Assembly (NCBI GenBank): GCA_001438605.1
Contig: LIDE01000017.1
Location: 1,513-65,512 of the forward strand
Reading direction: 5' to 3'
Source: SAR92 bacterium BACL16 MAG-120619-bin48
GTDB lineage: Bacteria > Pseudomonadota > Gammaproteobacteria > Pseudomonadales > Porticoccaceae
DNA length: 64,000 nt
A program made the position numbers and the translations under genes. The notes under the pieces were generated by a model, which saw only the letters and a program-made list of their open reading frames with translations, was not told the DNA's origin and searched no databases. Shown here piece by piece: positions 43,775 through 54,353 of this stretch; the stretch's first letter is position 1, and each line of letters opens with the position of its first letter.

Positions 43775-44467
43775 ATGGCTAAACAGTGGTTGTTTGTCAC
43801 TGGCACCGACACTGATGTGGGTAAAACGGTGGTCGCGACGGGTCTTCTTGCGGCAGCGACTCAACAGGGTTTGCGCACCGCGGCGATCAAGCCGATTGCG
43901 GCAGGATGCGAGCGCAGCGACGATGGTTTGATCAACAGCGATGCGCTGCAGTTACAGGCCGCGGCTAGCCATCAATTGGCGTATCAGCAGGTCAATCCGG
44001 TCGCGCTAGAACCGGCGATTGCTCCCCATATTGCCGCCCAAGAAGCGGGGCGACAACTGTCGGCGTCGAGATTGGTTGGCTTTTGTCGCGGGTTGTCGTT
44101 GCTGCCGGTCGATTGCATTCTTTTGGAGGGCGCTGGTGGCTGGCGTGTGCCACTAAATTCACGAGAAACACTTGCCGATGTGGCCCGCGAGCTTAATTGC
44201 GCCGTAATAGTGGTGGTTGGCATGCGTCTGGGTTGTCTCAACCACGCCTTGTTGACCGTTGAAGCGATTCGCCGCGACGGTCTGCAAATAGCGGGTTGGG
44301 TGGCCAATATTATTGATGCGGATATGCCGCGTTTAACTGAAAACATTGATACACTGAAGCAGCGCATCGCCGAGCCATGGCTGGGCACTGTGCCGCGGTT
44401 AGACGATGTGACGCCGCAGCGGGTTGCGGCGTATTTAACCTTTCCTGTGATGAGTGCGGGTTCTTAA
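43775..44467 (+). CDS. bioD: Dethiobiotin synthetase
   Basis: TGTDTDVGKT, EGAGG and LGCLNH. Confidence 0.96.
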   Translation: MAKQWLFVTGTDTDVGKTVVATGLLAAATQQGLRTAAIKPIAAGCERSDDGLINSDALQLQAAASHQLAYQQVNPVALEPAIAPHIAAQEAGRQLSASRLVGFCRGLSLLPVDCILLEGAGGWRVPLNSRETLADVARELNCAVIVVVGMRLGCLNHALLTVEAIRRDGLQIAGWVANIIDADMPRLTENIDTLKQRIAEPWLGTVPRLDDVTPQRVAAYLTFPVMSAGS

Positions 44468-44492
44468 TAACAGTTTATAAAGAGCATAAAAA

Positions 44493-44678
44493 ATGACTGA
44501 ACATAATCAACTTTCTGAAGAAGACCTCGAGCGCGTTCGCTCGGTCACTTCCAGTGGCTTTAACACAACGGAGCGCAAGCCTTTTCGCGGTTTAGTTCTG
44601 CTGGGCGTGCTTTGGGTTGTGGTCGCTATACTGGGCGGAATTAGTTGGCTGATCGGTAAAAATTCCGGCTTTATCTAA
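44493..44678 (+). CDS. Small membrane protein (DUF3094-like)
   Basis: LSEEDLERV...ERKPFR followed by a TM helix. Confidence 0.7.
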   Translation: MTEHNQLSEEDLERVRSVTSSGFNTTERKPFRGLVLLGVLWVVVAILGGISWLIGKNSGFI

Positions 44679-44815
44679 CTCTGGGATCGCTGTGCGCACT
44701 TGCGCCTTGCTCAGTGCCCTGTCGTACCGAGTGATTTCTCACACGGGCCCTCACGCTATTTAGCGCAGCGCGGGCCAATGCTTGCAGTACTCCAGAATCA
44801 ACCCATAGAGAGCGT

Positions 44816-46546
44816 ATGTTAATCGAAGCGCGTTTATTTGACGCCGCAATAGGCGACTTTCCCGAACACCTCGACCCGCTGTTGAAACGTATTTTTCAGG
44901 CCCGCGGTATTGTCGATAGCGCCGCCCTTGATCGACAGCTCAGCTGTCTGCCACAACCGGCAAAAATGCAGGGTATTGCAGCCGCCGTGGCGCGACTCTG
45001 TCGGGCCTTGGCTGCCCAGCAGCGGGTGCTGATTGTGGGCGATTTTGATGCCGACGGTGCGACCAGTTCTGCGTTGATGGTTTTGGCACTTGGGGCGATG
45101 GGTTATCAGTATGTCGATTTTTTAGTGCCCAATCGCTTTGACTATGGCTATGGGCTGACCCCTGAAATTGTCGATTTAGCCCAGCAGTCCGCCCCTGATC
45201 TGATTATTACCGTTGATAACGGTATTTCCAGTGTTGAAGGTGTGGCGCACGCCAATCGGTTGGGTATAGACGTTATTGTCACTGACCATCATTTGCCCGG
45301 CGCTGTGCTCCCGGCGGCGGTGGCTATTGTTAATCCGAACCAGCCGGGCTGTGACTTTCCCAGTAAGAGTCTCGCCGGTGTCGGTGTTGCCTTTTATCTT
45401 CTCAGTGCATTGCGCGCCAAATTGCGAGAGGAAAATTGGTTTCAGCAACAGAATATTGCCGAACCCACCATGGCAACGTGGCTTGACCTTGTGGCTCTTG
45501 GCACGGTTGCCGATGTGGTGCCTTTGGATCAAGTGAATCGCGCGCTGGTCTATCAAGGTATTCAGCGTATTCGGGCAGGGCACTGTCGCCCTGGGATTAA
45601 AGCGCTGCTCACTATCGCGGGTAAAATGCCCCAGCGAATAGCTGCGACGGATTTAGGCTTTGCCCTTGGCCCGCGTTTAAATGCCGCCGGCCGTCTTGAT
45701 GATATTTCCCTCGGTATTCAGTGTTTGCTGACGAATGATCCCGATCAGGCCATGCGCAGCGCCCGCGAGCTTGATGAGTTAAATCAAAACCGCAAAATAA
45801 TCGAGCAGGATATGCAGCGCGAGGCGCTGGCTATTGTCGACAAAATTCCACTATCGCTAAATGGCGATGTGCCTGTGGCGCTGTGTCTTTTTCAAGCCGA
45901 TTGGCACCAGGGGGTGGTGGGGCTGCTGGCGTCGCGGATTAAAGAAAAATACCATCGCCCAGTTATTGCGTTTGCGCGCGGTGATAACGGTCAGTTGAAA
46001 GGCTCATCGCGGTCAATTCCCGGTTTGCATATTCGCGATGTATTGGATGCAGTGGCGACGAAAAACCCAGGTCTCATCAGTAAGTTTGGCGGTCACGCGA
46101 TGGCTGCCGGTCTGAGTTTGGACGAAGAAAAGCTTCCCGCCTTTGAACAGGCGTTTTGTCAGCAGGTGAGTCAGTCTCTGCATGTGGATGACCTGCAATT
46201 AAAAATGCTCACCGACGGTGAATTGCAGCCGCAGCAACTGTCTCTGCAAACCGCTGCACTGTTGCGCGACAGTGGCCCTTGGGGACAGCTCTTTCCAGAG
46301 CCTTGTTTTGAGGGTATTTTTCGCTTGCAGCAGCAGCGCATTGTCGGGGAAAAGCATTTAAAACTGACGCTTTCGCCCGAGTCTGATCCTGCAAAAAGTA
46401 TTGATGCTATTTACTTTAATATTGACCCTGCCGATTGGCCTAATTTTCAGGCAGAATGGGCGCGCTGCGTCTACCGCTTAGATATCAATGAATATCGCGG
46501 CGTAGAAAAAGTGCAGTTGATGGTGCAATTTATGCAGGCGCTATAG
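44816..46546 (+). CDS. recJ: Single-stranded-DNA exonuclease RecJ
   Basis: GDFDADG, TVDNG, TDHH, GPRLNAAGR and GGHAMAAG. Confidence 0.97.
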   Translation: MLIEARLFDAAIGDFPEHLDPLLKRIFQARGIVDSAALDRQLSCLPQPAKMQGIAAAVARLCRALAAQQRVLIVGDFDADGATSSALMVLALGAMGYQYVDFLVPNRFDYGYGLTPEIVDLAQQSAPDLIITVDNGISSVEGVAHANRLGIDVIVTDHHLPGAVLPAAVAIVNPNQPGCDFPSKSLAGVGVAFYLLSALRAKLREENWFQQQNIAEPTMATWLDLVALGTVADVVPLDQVNRALVYQGIQRIRAGHCRPGIKALLTIAGKMPQRIAATDLGFALGPRLNAAGRLDDISLGIQCLLTNDPDQAMRSARELDELNQNRKIIEQDMQREALAIVDKIPLSLNGDVPVALCLFQADWHQGVVGLLASRIKEKYHRPVIAFARGDNGQLKGSSRSIPGLHIRDVLDAVATKNPGLISKFGGHAMAAGLSLDEEKLPAFEQAFCQQVSQSLHVDDLQLKMLTDGELQPQQLSLQTAALLRDSGPWGQLFPEPCFEGIFRLQQQRIVGEKHLKLTLSPESDPAKSIDAIYFNIDPADWPNFQAEWARCVYRLDINEYRGVEKVQLMVQFMQAL

Positions 46547-46730
46547 AGTGACAGTCTAAGCGACAGTGTAAACCGACAGTTTTGAAGGATAGTGCCGAGC
46601 GATTGCGTCAAGGGCGCGCCCCCCACCGTCACTGAGGACAGCTGAAACCAAGCGACTTTAAAGCTAATAACAAAACCAATAACAAAACCAATAACAAGAA
46701 CTACACCACTAACACTAAAAAGACGATTTT

Positions 46731-47639
46731 ATGAGTATTAAAAACGACCTGCGGGCTGACTTAATCCTGTTATTGACCGCCGCTATCTGGGGTTTGGCGT
46801 TTGTGTTTCAGCGCACGGGGATGGACCATATCGGTCCAATTACTTTTGTCTTTGGCCGCTTTTTTATTGCTGCCATCGCTATTTTGCCGATCTGGTACCT
46901 GATGGAAAAACCACAGAAAGTGCTAGAAATTACCGCTGTCGATAAAAAAGCCATGCTACTGGGTGTGCTGATTGCTGTGGGCGCGGTGTTGCAGCAAGTT
47001 GGACTGCTTTATACCAGTGTCAGCCGAGCCGGGTTTTTAACCGGAATCTATATTGTGTTTGTGCCGCTGATTGGGCTGCTCTTGGGCAATCGAACAGAGT
47101 GGCCAACCTGGCTTGGCATTGCGCTGTCTATTTTGGGCCTCTATTTCCTCGCGCAGATCGAGAGTGATGAATTCCTGCTCGGCGATGGTTTGATTTTGAT
47201 CAGCACAGTGGTGTGGGCGCTGCATGTTGTCTACACCGGTCGCCGCGCCAATGAAATATCGGTCTACCGCCTGATGTTTATCCAGTTTTCAGTGGCTGCC
47301 GTGATTAGCTGGGTGATTATGGTATTTGTTGAAACATGGAGCTGGCAGGCAGTGCTGGATGCAGGTTGGGCGCTGCTGTACGTGGGTGTGTTCTCCTCGG
47401 GTGTCGCTTTTTCCTTGCAAGTGGTTGGTATGCGCACAGCGCCAGCGTCTCACGCGGCAATTATTCTGAGCTTTGAAGCCGTTTTTGCCGCAATCGGCGG
47501 TTGGTGGTTGCTGGATGAATACTTAACCGTTGCTGAATTAATTGGCTGTGGGTTGATTCTGTTTGGCGGTCTCGTGTCACAGCTGAAAGTGTTTTTGAAA
47601 CAGTCAGAGATGATTCAGCACCCATCGGGTGTGAACTAA
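46731..47639 (+). CDS. DMT/EamA family transporter
   Basis: About 10 TMs with duplicated EamA repeats (AIWGLAF, FEAVFAAIG). Confidence 0.88.
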   Translation: MSIKNDLRADLILLLTAAIWGLAFVFQRTGMDHIGPITFVFGRFFIAAIAILPIWYLMEKPQKVLEITAVDKKAMLLGVLIAVGAVLQQVGLLYTSVSRAGFLTGIYIVFVPLIGLLLGNRTEWPTWLGIALSILGLYFLAQIESDEFLLGDGLILISTVVWALHVVYTGRRANEISVYRLMFIQFSVAAVISWVIMVFVETWSWQAVLDAGWALLYVGVFSSGVAFSLQVVGMRTAPASHAAIILSFEAVFAAIGGWWLLDEYLTVAELIGCGLILFGGLVSQLKVFLKQSEMIQHPSGVN

Positions 47640-47666
47640 GGCCTTCTTGCTGTTCCCCTGTGACGT

Positions 47667-48326
47667 TTAGGGGAGCAGGGCCTTTAGCTGAGCGAGAACC
47701 GCCTGTTTCAGTATGGGCTGTGCGGGCTCCGTGGGGTGAATGCCGTCCGCTTGAATCATTCCTTCAGTTTGTAACAGGGCTTCAAACTCAAACGGCACTA
47801 AGCCTATGTCATGCTGCTCTGCAAGCGCGGGAAAAAGTTCAGCAAAGCCAGCGGTGTAGCGTTTGCCATAGTTGGCGGGCAGGCGCATACCGAACAAAAT
47901 CGGTGTCGCGTTGTGGGTGCGGCACAGTGCGATCATTTCTGTTAGGTTGCCTTTTAGCAAACTCAGCGGGTAGCCGCGCAGGCCGTCATTGCCGCCCAGT
48001 TCAAGCAGAACAATATCGGGCTTAAATTTTTCCAGCAGCATGGGCAAGCGATCGAGACCGTTGCCACTGGTATCTCCGCTGATACTCGCATTGATAATAG
48101 TGTGTTGCGGTCCGACATCGGCGCGCATCAAATTAACCCAGCCCTTATCGGGGTCAATGCCGTAGCCTGCACTCAGACTGTCGCCGAGCACCAATAAGGT
48201 TGCCGAATTAGCGTTGCCAGCAAGCAGTAAAAAAACGCTCACTAATGTAGTCAGGGGCTTAGTTAATAATCGAGAAAGACGCATAAATACCAGTCTGTGG
48301 TCATAGTGAGTAGATACAAATGTCAT
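47667..48326 (-). CDS. tesA: Arylesterase / acyl-CoA thioesterase I (SGNH)
   Basis: GDSLSAGYG, ELGGNDGLRG and DGIHP. True start may be 48284. Confidence 0.9.
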   Translation of the reverse strand: MTFVSTHYDHRLVFMRLSRLLTKPLTTLVSVFLLLAGNANSATLLVLGDSLSAGYGIDPDKGWVNLMRADVGPQHTIINASISGDTSGNGLDRLPMLLEKFKPDIVLLELGGNDGLRGYPLSLLKGNLTEMIALCRTHNATPILFGMRLPANYGKRYTAGFAELFPALAEQHDIGLVPFEFEALLQTEGMIQADGIHPTEPAQPILKQAVLAQLKALLP

Positions 48327-48400
48327 TACACTGCGTAGTGTAAGTTATTTCACGTGATAAAACAGACAGCCAAACCACGCGCCAGTTAGGGACGTTCACC

Positions 48401-49081
48401 ATGATAGATGTGAGTAATATCAGCAAGCAGGTTTCAACCTCAGAGGGTACGCTGTGTATCCTTGATCAGATTAATCTGTCTGTGAAGGCTGGAGAAACTC
48501 TCGCGATTATTGGCTCCTCGGGGTCAGGTAAATCGACTCTGCTAGGTATTTTGGCGGGGCTCGATACGCCCAGTTCAGGCACTGTGATGATTGGTGGCCA
48601 AGATATTACTGCTATGGATGAAGAGGGTCGCGCCGCGGTGCGCGCAGGCCATGTCGGATTCGTCTTTCAATCATTTCACCTGCTGCCAGGGCTAACCGCC
48701 CTTGAGAACGTTGCCCTGCCCCTTGAATTGCAGGGTGTCAGCGATGCGCTAAAGACTGCAGAACATTATTTGCAGCGCGTTGGGTTGGCCGCTCGAGTTA
48801 CCCACTATCCGCGGCAGCTCTCCGGTGGTGAGCAACAGCGAGTGGCTCTCGCCAGAGCTTTCGCCTGCAGACCGACCATTTTGTTTGCCGACGAACCCAC
48901 CGGTAATCTCGATACCGGAACGGGCGAAAAAATTAACGATCTGCTGTTCGCCCTGAACGAAGAAGAGGGCACCACTCTGGTATTGGTCACCCATGAAAAG
49001 AACCTTGCCGCGCGCTGTCAGCGCACCCTTGAGCTGCAAGCGGGACGGCAGATTGCGTTGACCAACGGTAGCCAACACTAA
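48401..49081 (+). CDS. ybbA: ABC transporter ATP-binding protein (YbbA-like)
   Basis: GSSGSGKST, LSGGEQQR and DEPTGNLD; divergent from tesA. Confidence 0.85.
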   Translation: MIDVSNISKQVSTSEGTLCILDQINLSVKAGETLAIIGSSGSGKSTLLGILAGLDTPSSGTVMIGGQDITAMDEEGRAAVRAGHVGFVFQSFHLLPGLTALENVALPLELQGVSDALKTAEHYLQRVGLAARVTHYPRQLSGGEQQRVALARAFACRPTILFADEPTGNLDTGTGEKINDLLFALNEEEGTTLVLVTHEKNLAARCQRTLELQAGRQIALTNGSQH

Positions 49082-51597
49082 TGTTAGCGATAAAGATGTT
49101 GTTGCGCGGATGGCGCGGTGGACAGTTGGGACTTATCTTCTGGTCGCTGGTACTGGCCGTCGCGGTAGTCACCTCGGTTGCCCTGCTCGCCGAACGTGTG
49201 GAGCGCGCGCTGGTCAATCAATCGAGCGCATTTTTGGCCGCTGACCTTGTGGTGTCGAGCAGCGTACCGGCGAACAGTGAGTGGCTCGAGCGAGCCGCCG
49301 TAGACGGTATTAGAACGGCGCGCACGGCATCCTTTGCGTCAATGACCTATGCCGGTGAGCAGATGCACTTAGCCTCGGTAAAAGCGGTCGAGTCCACCTA
49401 TCCCTTGCGCGGCGTGGTAAAGCGTTCGCAGATACCATTTGCCACCGATGCCAGTGTTATAGAGTCGGTTATGGCGGCCCCGCAGCCCGGCGAACTCTGG
49501 GTTGATTCACGTCTGCTACCACTGCTCAATATTGAGTTGGGCGACAGCATTGATGTGGGTGATGGCACTTTTACCGTCAGCCAAATTCTGATCGAAGAGC
49601 CTGACGGCGGCAGCTCTTTCTCCATGTACGGCGCGCGTATTTTAATGAATTGGCAGGACTTACCTGTCGCCGCAGTGATTCAGCCCGGAAGTCGCGTCAG
49701 CTACAGGTTTCTGATGGCGGCAAGTGACACTGATGACGGCAGTCAGTTTGCGCGTTTCAGTGAATGGCTCGGCGATGAGTTGACAGTTCATGACCGCATT
49801 ATTACGCCCGACGAGGCGCAGGCGAATATCGCTAAAACCATGGACAAAGGCCGCCGCTTTTTATTGCTGGCCGGCAGTATTGGCGTGGTATTAGCAGGCA
49901 TTGCACTGGCCTTGGCCAGCCACCATTTTGCCAATGGCCAACTGTTGCAAGTGGCGCTGTATAAAAGCTGGGGTGTTTCGGCGCGACGTGTCAGACAGCT
50001 CTATCTGCAACAAATTTTAGCGTTGGGTGCGGTCGGTTCAGTGGCCGGACTCATCATTGGTTGGGGCTTTCATCAGCTTTTGCTCTCCGCCGTGCGCGAC
50101 TGGTTGCCCCTCGATTTGCCAATGGCCGGGGCTCGGCCGTGGATCACCGGTTTTGCCACCGGCTTGCTCTGCTTGATTGGCTTTACCCTGCCTGCGCTGT
50201 GGCATTTGCCCGCGCAGTCGCCGCTTGCGGTGTTGCGTCGCGATATTCAAGTCGCCTCGCTGAATAGCGCTGTGCGCGGCGCGCTCGGGGTTATCACCAT
50301 TGCCGTGTTGCTCTTTTGGTACAGCAATAATGCGTACTTAACCCTCGCCATTCTGCTTGGCTTTGCCGTCACTGGCGGCGCCTCGATTATCTTTGGGCTG
50401 CTATTGTTGCGGCTGGGCAAAACCTACGGGCAGAAAATGGGCAGTATTTGGCGTTTAGCGCTGGCCAATTTGTGGCGGCGGAAAAAGCCCAGTTTGATAC
50501 AGATGGCAGGATTCTCAGGTGCCATCGCGCTGCTGATGATTATGACAGTGGTTCGCACATCCCTTATTGATGAGTGGCGCTGGCAGTTGGCGGACGATGC
50601 GCCCAATCACTTTTTAGTCAATGTCGCCAGTTATGAACTCGATGGTGTAAAAACGCTTATTCAGCGCCGCGAGCTCAATACCGCGGGCTGGTACTCCATG
50701 GTGCGTGGGCGTCTGACCCATATTAATGATGCGCTGCCCAACGAAGACCTCAAACGCAGCCATGAATCGCTCAATCGCGAGTTGAACTTAAGTTGGACGA
50801 GTGCGTTGCCTGAGGGCAATAAAATAATTCAGGGGCAGTGGTGGGACAGTGCAGCTCTCGAGGGCCCCGTCGCGGAGAGTGGTGGTCTGGCACCCGTGTC
50901 GATTGAGGAAGATATAGCTCGCGAGCTGGGCCTAACGCTCGGCGATCAATTGCGATTTAGCGTGGGCGGCTTGGTATTTGATGCGGTGATTACCAGTACG
51001 CGCAGTCTCAATTGGGACAATATGACGCCCAATTTCTATTTTCTCTTTCCAGAGGGTTATCTGGAAGAGTATCCGCGCACCTATATGACGAGCTTGTACG
51101 TGCCCAGCGACAAAAAGCTGATGGTCAATGAGCTGTTGCGAAAGTACCCCACGGTGCAGGTGATAGAGTTGGATAAAATTATTGATCGTATTCGCAGTAT
51201 TGTGACGCAGATTACCCGCGGCTTAGAGATGATGACCCTGCTGATTCTCGGCTGCGGGGTGTTGGTGATGTTTGCTGCCGTGAGTTTGTCCATGAGCGAG
51301 CGTCTGCAAGAGAGCGCAATACTGCGTACCTTGGGCAGCTCGAAGCGTCTCATTTTAGGGGTACAGTGGGTTGAATTTAGCACCCTTGGTTTAGCCGCGG
51401 GTCTGCTGGCTGCGCTTGGAGCAGAGTTTGCCATCGCCATGTTGCAGCACTTTATGTTTGATCAGGCGTTCACTTGGCACCCATGGCTCTGGTTTGTCGG
51501 CCCATCGGCTGGCGCATTATTAGTGGGAGTGCTGGGTGTTGCCTACAGTCGCAAGGCTGTGACGCAACCACCGCTGCAGGTTCTCAATAGTTTGTGA
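49081..51597 (+). CDS. ybbP: ABC transporter permease (YbbP-like, FtsX duplicate)
   Basis: 838 aa with two FtsX-type halves; RELNLSW and conserved tesA-ybbA-ybbP synteny. Confidence 0.85.
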   Translation: MLAIKMLLRGWRGGQLGLIFWSLVLAVAVVTSVALLAERVERALVNQSSAFLAADLVVSSSVPANSEWLERAAVDGIRTARTASFASMTYAGEQMHLASVKAVESTYPLRGVVKRSQIPFATDASVIESVMAAPQPGELWVDSRLLPLLNIELGDSIDVGDGTFTVSQILIEEPDGGSSFSMYGARILMNWQDLPVAAVIQPGSRVSYRFLMAASDTDDGSQFARFSEWLGDELTVHDRIITPDEAQANIAKTMDKGRRFLLLAGSIGVVLAGIALALASHHFANGQLLQVALYKSWGVSARRVRQLYLQQILALGAVGSVAGLIIGWGFHQLLLSAVRDWLPLDLPMAGARPWITGFATGLLCLIGFTLPALWHLPAQSPLAVLRRDIQVASLNSAVRGALGVITIAVLLFWYSNNAYLTLAILLGFAVTGGASIIFGLLLLRLGKTYGQKMGSIWRLALANLWRRKKPSLIQMAGFSGAIALLMIMTVVRTSLIDEWRWQLADDAPNHFLVNVASYELDGVKTLIQRRELNTAGWYSMVRGRLTHINDALPNEDLKRSHESLNRELNLSWTSALPEGNKIIQGQWWDSAALEGPVAESGGLAPVSIEEDIARELGLTLGDQLRFSVGGLVFDAVITSTRSLNWDNMTPNFYFLFPEGYLEEYPRTYMTSLYVPSDKKLMVNELLRKYPTVQVIELDKIIDRIRSIVTQITRGLEMMTLLILGCGVLVMFAAVSLSMSERLQESAILRTLGSSKRLILGVQWVEFSTLGLAAGLLAALGAEFAIAMLQHFMFDQAFTWHPWLWFVGPSAGALLVGVLGVAYSRKAVTQPPLQVLNSL

Positions 51598-51620
51598 CGA
51601 AACCAGTCGCCACGGGGTTG

Positions 51621-51658
51621 AAAAAAGCGCGGCCGGTCGTGTTAGACCGGCTCTTTTT
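51621..51658. terminator. Probable bidirectional terminator between convergent genes
   Basis: AAAAAA...GCCGGTC-GTGTTA-GACCGGC-TCTTTTT. Confidence 0.65.
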
Positions 51659-53081
51659 GCAGAGGCAGTTGAATATGGAAGGTGGTGCCAATATCAATAT
51701 CGGAGGTTACTGCAAGCTGTCCCTGATGTTGCTCGGTAACAATATAGTGGGCAAATGAGAGGCGCTTGCCAGCGCTGAATTCCCCTTCATCGGAATTGTT
51801 GCTGGAAAACGGTTCAAATATAAACTGTTGGTCTTGAGCGCTAATCCCCACGCCATTGTGCTGCACGCGCACCCAGATGGCATCGTAAAACGCAGTAATT
51901 TCAATATTGATGGTGGGGGTGTAGTCCGCCTCTTTTATCTTGCCCAGCGCATAACAGGCGTGGCGGAACAAACTTAAAAATACTTGCTGCAGTTCGGGGA
52001 CATGACAGGCTAACTGCGGCAGCTCGTCGGCGTAACTCTTTTTCACCACCACATCTTTGAAACGCAATCCTGAGGTCACCGACAGCACGCTGGCAGCCAG
52101 CTCGATGCTGTGATCCATCACTGAGGTGATACTGGCCAACTGCTTCTCACCGCTGTCGCCTGCGGAGAAAGCCAGTAGATTGCGAATAACAGAGGATGCC
52201 TGTTGGCCGCGAATAAGAGCGTCTTCCAACAGTTCGCTGAGACCTTCAGGATCAAAATGCTCGTGACCGAGATCCTGACGCACCGTTTGCACATCTTTCA
52301 TAATCGCCTGCAACGGCGTGTTGATATCGTGGGCCATAACTGAGGCCATCTCACCCATGGAGGACATCTTATCGCGCTGAATCAGCTTGTTGGCTGTCTG
52401 CACTTGCTGCGTGACATCGTCAATCAAAATAACCACGCCGGTCTCTTTCTGATCCTGCAGCGGGTAAACCGTGATATTGAAATGGTACTGCCCGCGCTGA
52501 CTGTACTTAATCGTCATGGGCTTGTTATCTTTCTCGGCTTTTTTAATTTGCGCCTCAGTTACCGTTATTTTTGGGTACACCTGCCAGAGATTCTTACCTA
52601 AAACCGCAGCATTACCCAGACCGCTAATTTCTTCTGCGCGATGGTTCCACTGGGTAATTTCGCCACGCTTATTTAAGCCAATCAGCATCAGCGGCATAGA
52701 GCGTAAAATACTGTTGATGTAAGACTCCGACATGCGCAACTGCGAGGTGGTGTCGCGGTGCTCGGCTATCTCTTCTTCCAGCGCCTCATTACTTTGTTGT
52801 AACAGCACATTTGCCTGATCCAGCGTTGCCGTGCGCTCGATAACGCGGTTCTCTAAGTCGGCGCGAATTTCCTCCAGCTGGCGGTTGTAGCGCTGTGCTC
52901 GGCGTCGCGTAAAGGCCAGCCAGACGGCCAGCAGAGACAGCACAATAATTAAGATGCCACTGGAGAAATTCGCCACATACTGCCAATTGGTATAGCCATT
53001 TTCGTCGCGCACAAACCAAAAAATATCGGCGCTGGCAAAATTGCTGATCGAGAGTAGGGCAAGAGATATCAGTTTTTTCAT
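51642..53081 (-). CDS. PAS-domain sensor histidine-kinase-like protein with a degenerate ATP-binding domain
   Basis: Signal/TM segments, coiled coil, PAS (WNHRAEEISG) and H-box AHDINTPL. N, G1 and G2 boxes are substituted. Confidence 0.8.
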   Translation of the reverse strand: MKKLISLALLSISNFASADIFWFVRDENGYTNWQYVANFSSGILIIVLSLLAVWLAFTRRRAQRYNRQLEEIRADLENRVIERTATLDQANVLLQQSNEALEEEIAEHRDTTSQLRMSESYINSILRSMPLMLIGLNKRGEITQWNHRAEEISGLGNAAVLGKNLWQVYPKITVTEAQIKKAEKDNKPMTIKYSQRGQYHFNITVYPLQDQKETGVVILIDDVTQQVQTANKLIQRDKMSSMGEMASVMAHDINTPLQAIMKDVQTVRQDLGHEHFDPEGLSELLEDALIRGQQASSVIRNLLAFSAGDSGEKQLASITSVMDHSIELAASVLSVTSGLRFKDVVVKKSYADELPQLACHVPELQQVFLSLFRHACYALGKIKEADYTPTINIEITAFYDAIWVRVQHNGVGISAQDQQFIFEPFSSNNSDEGEFSAGKRLSFAHYIVTEQHQGQLAVTSDIDIGTTFHIQLPLQKEPV

Positions 53082-53213
53082 GGTGTCCGTTCGCTAAGGT
53101 CTAGCCGCTATTATAACGCTGAAATTTGAGATGTCAGTTTCCAGCACACAGGTACATGTTTTAAGCTAATACTTCCTCAAGAGCAATTTATTTATGATTG
53201 GACTGAAAAGACT

Positions 53214-54353
53214 ATGAGCGATTGTTGCAAGCCAGGACCTGTTGTCACCACCACGCCGGCGTGCTGCGCCAGTCAGCCGCCGACGCCTGTGCAAAAAAGC
53301 CGTCCCGACTATCTTTTGTGGGGTTCGGCCAGCATTGTGGCTGTGGGCTATCTCATTCATCTGCTGGTCGGTGGGCAGTCCGCGCTGCCAGAATGGCTGA
53401 CGGTGATGAGCTCGGGCGCCTATGAACTGATCAATAAAATGTGGTGGGGTCTGCTTATGGCCGTGGCTTTTGTTGGCCTGCTCGAGCGTATTCCGCGTGA
53501 GCTAGTCATGTCTGCCCTCGGCCAAGGCGGGACACCGCGAGGTGTTATCCGCGCTACCTTTGCCGGTGTTCTGCTCGACCTGTGCAGTCATGGCATTTTG
53601 ATGGTTGGAACAAAGCTCTACGAGCGCGGCGCCAGCCTCGGTCAATTGATGGCCTTTCTGATTGCCAGCCCGTGGAATTCACTGTCGCTCACCGTGGTAT
53701 TGATCACATTAATTGGCTGGGGTTATACCCTCGCCTTTGTTGCGCTGTCTATGTTGATTGGTATTGTCACGGGACTTATTTTTGATCGCCTTGTCGCGCG
53801 CAATATTTTGCCTGCCAATCCCAACTCTGCTAATCCAAACTCTGCCAATCCCAGTTCAGCAGCCAATGACGACAGTCTTCAAGAGCAGGCAAACAAACCT
53901 GTCTGGCCACAAATTGTCAGTGCTTTAAAACAGGCAAGCTTTACGCCTAAAGGTCTTGTTGCCCTGTTGTGGGATGGCTTGCGTGATTCGCGCATGGTGT
54001 TCCGCTGGTTACTTTTCGGCATTGTCTTAGCCACTGCTATCCGTGCCTTTGTGCCCATGGACACCTATCAAACCCTCTTTGGACCAACGGTTGCAGGCCT
54101 ATTTCTTACTCTGCTGGCGGCAACCATTATTGAAGTGTGCTCCGAGGGCTCGACGCCTATTGCCGCCGATATCCTCACCCGCGCTGGAGCGCCTGGCAAC
54201 GGCTTCACGTTTTTAATGGCGGGTGTCGCCACCGATTACACCGAAGTGATGGTGATTAAAGACACCACCAAGTCGTGGAAGATTGCCTTGTTCCTGCCGC
54301 TGATAACATTGCCTCAGGTGTTGGTGATTGGCTGGTTGCTCAATCAAGGTTAA
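53214..54353 (+). CDS. DUF318/ArsP-type permease
   Basis: Cys-rich N-terminus, DLCSHG, FLIASPW, EVCSEG and FLMAGVATD. Confidence 0.85.
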   Translation: MSDCCKPGPVVTTTPACCASQPPTPVQKSRPDYLLWGSASIVAVGYLIHLLVGGQSALPEWLTVMSSGAYELINKMWWGLLMAVAFVGLLERIPRELVMSALGQGGTPRGVIRATFAGVLLDLCSHGILMVGTKLYERGASLGQLMAFLIASPWNSLSLTVVLITLIGWGYTLAFVALSMLIGIVTGLIFDRLVARNILPANPNSANPNSANPSSAANDDSLQEQANKPVWPQIVSALKQASFTPKGLVALLWDGLRDSRMVFRWLLFGIVLATAIRAFVPMDTYQTLFGPTVAGLFLTLLAATIIEVCSEGSTPIAADILTRAGAPGNGFTFLMAGVATDYTEVMVIKDTTKSWKIALFLPLITLPQVLVIGWLLNQG

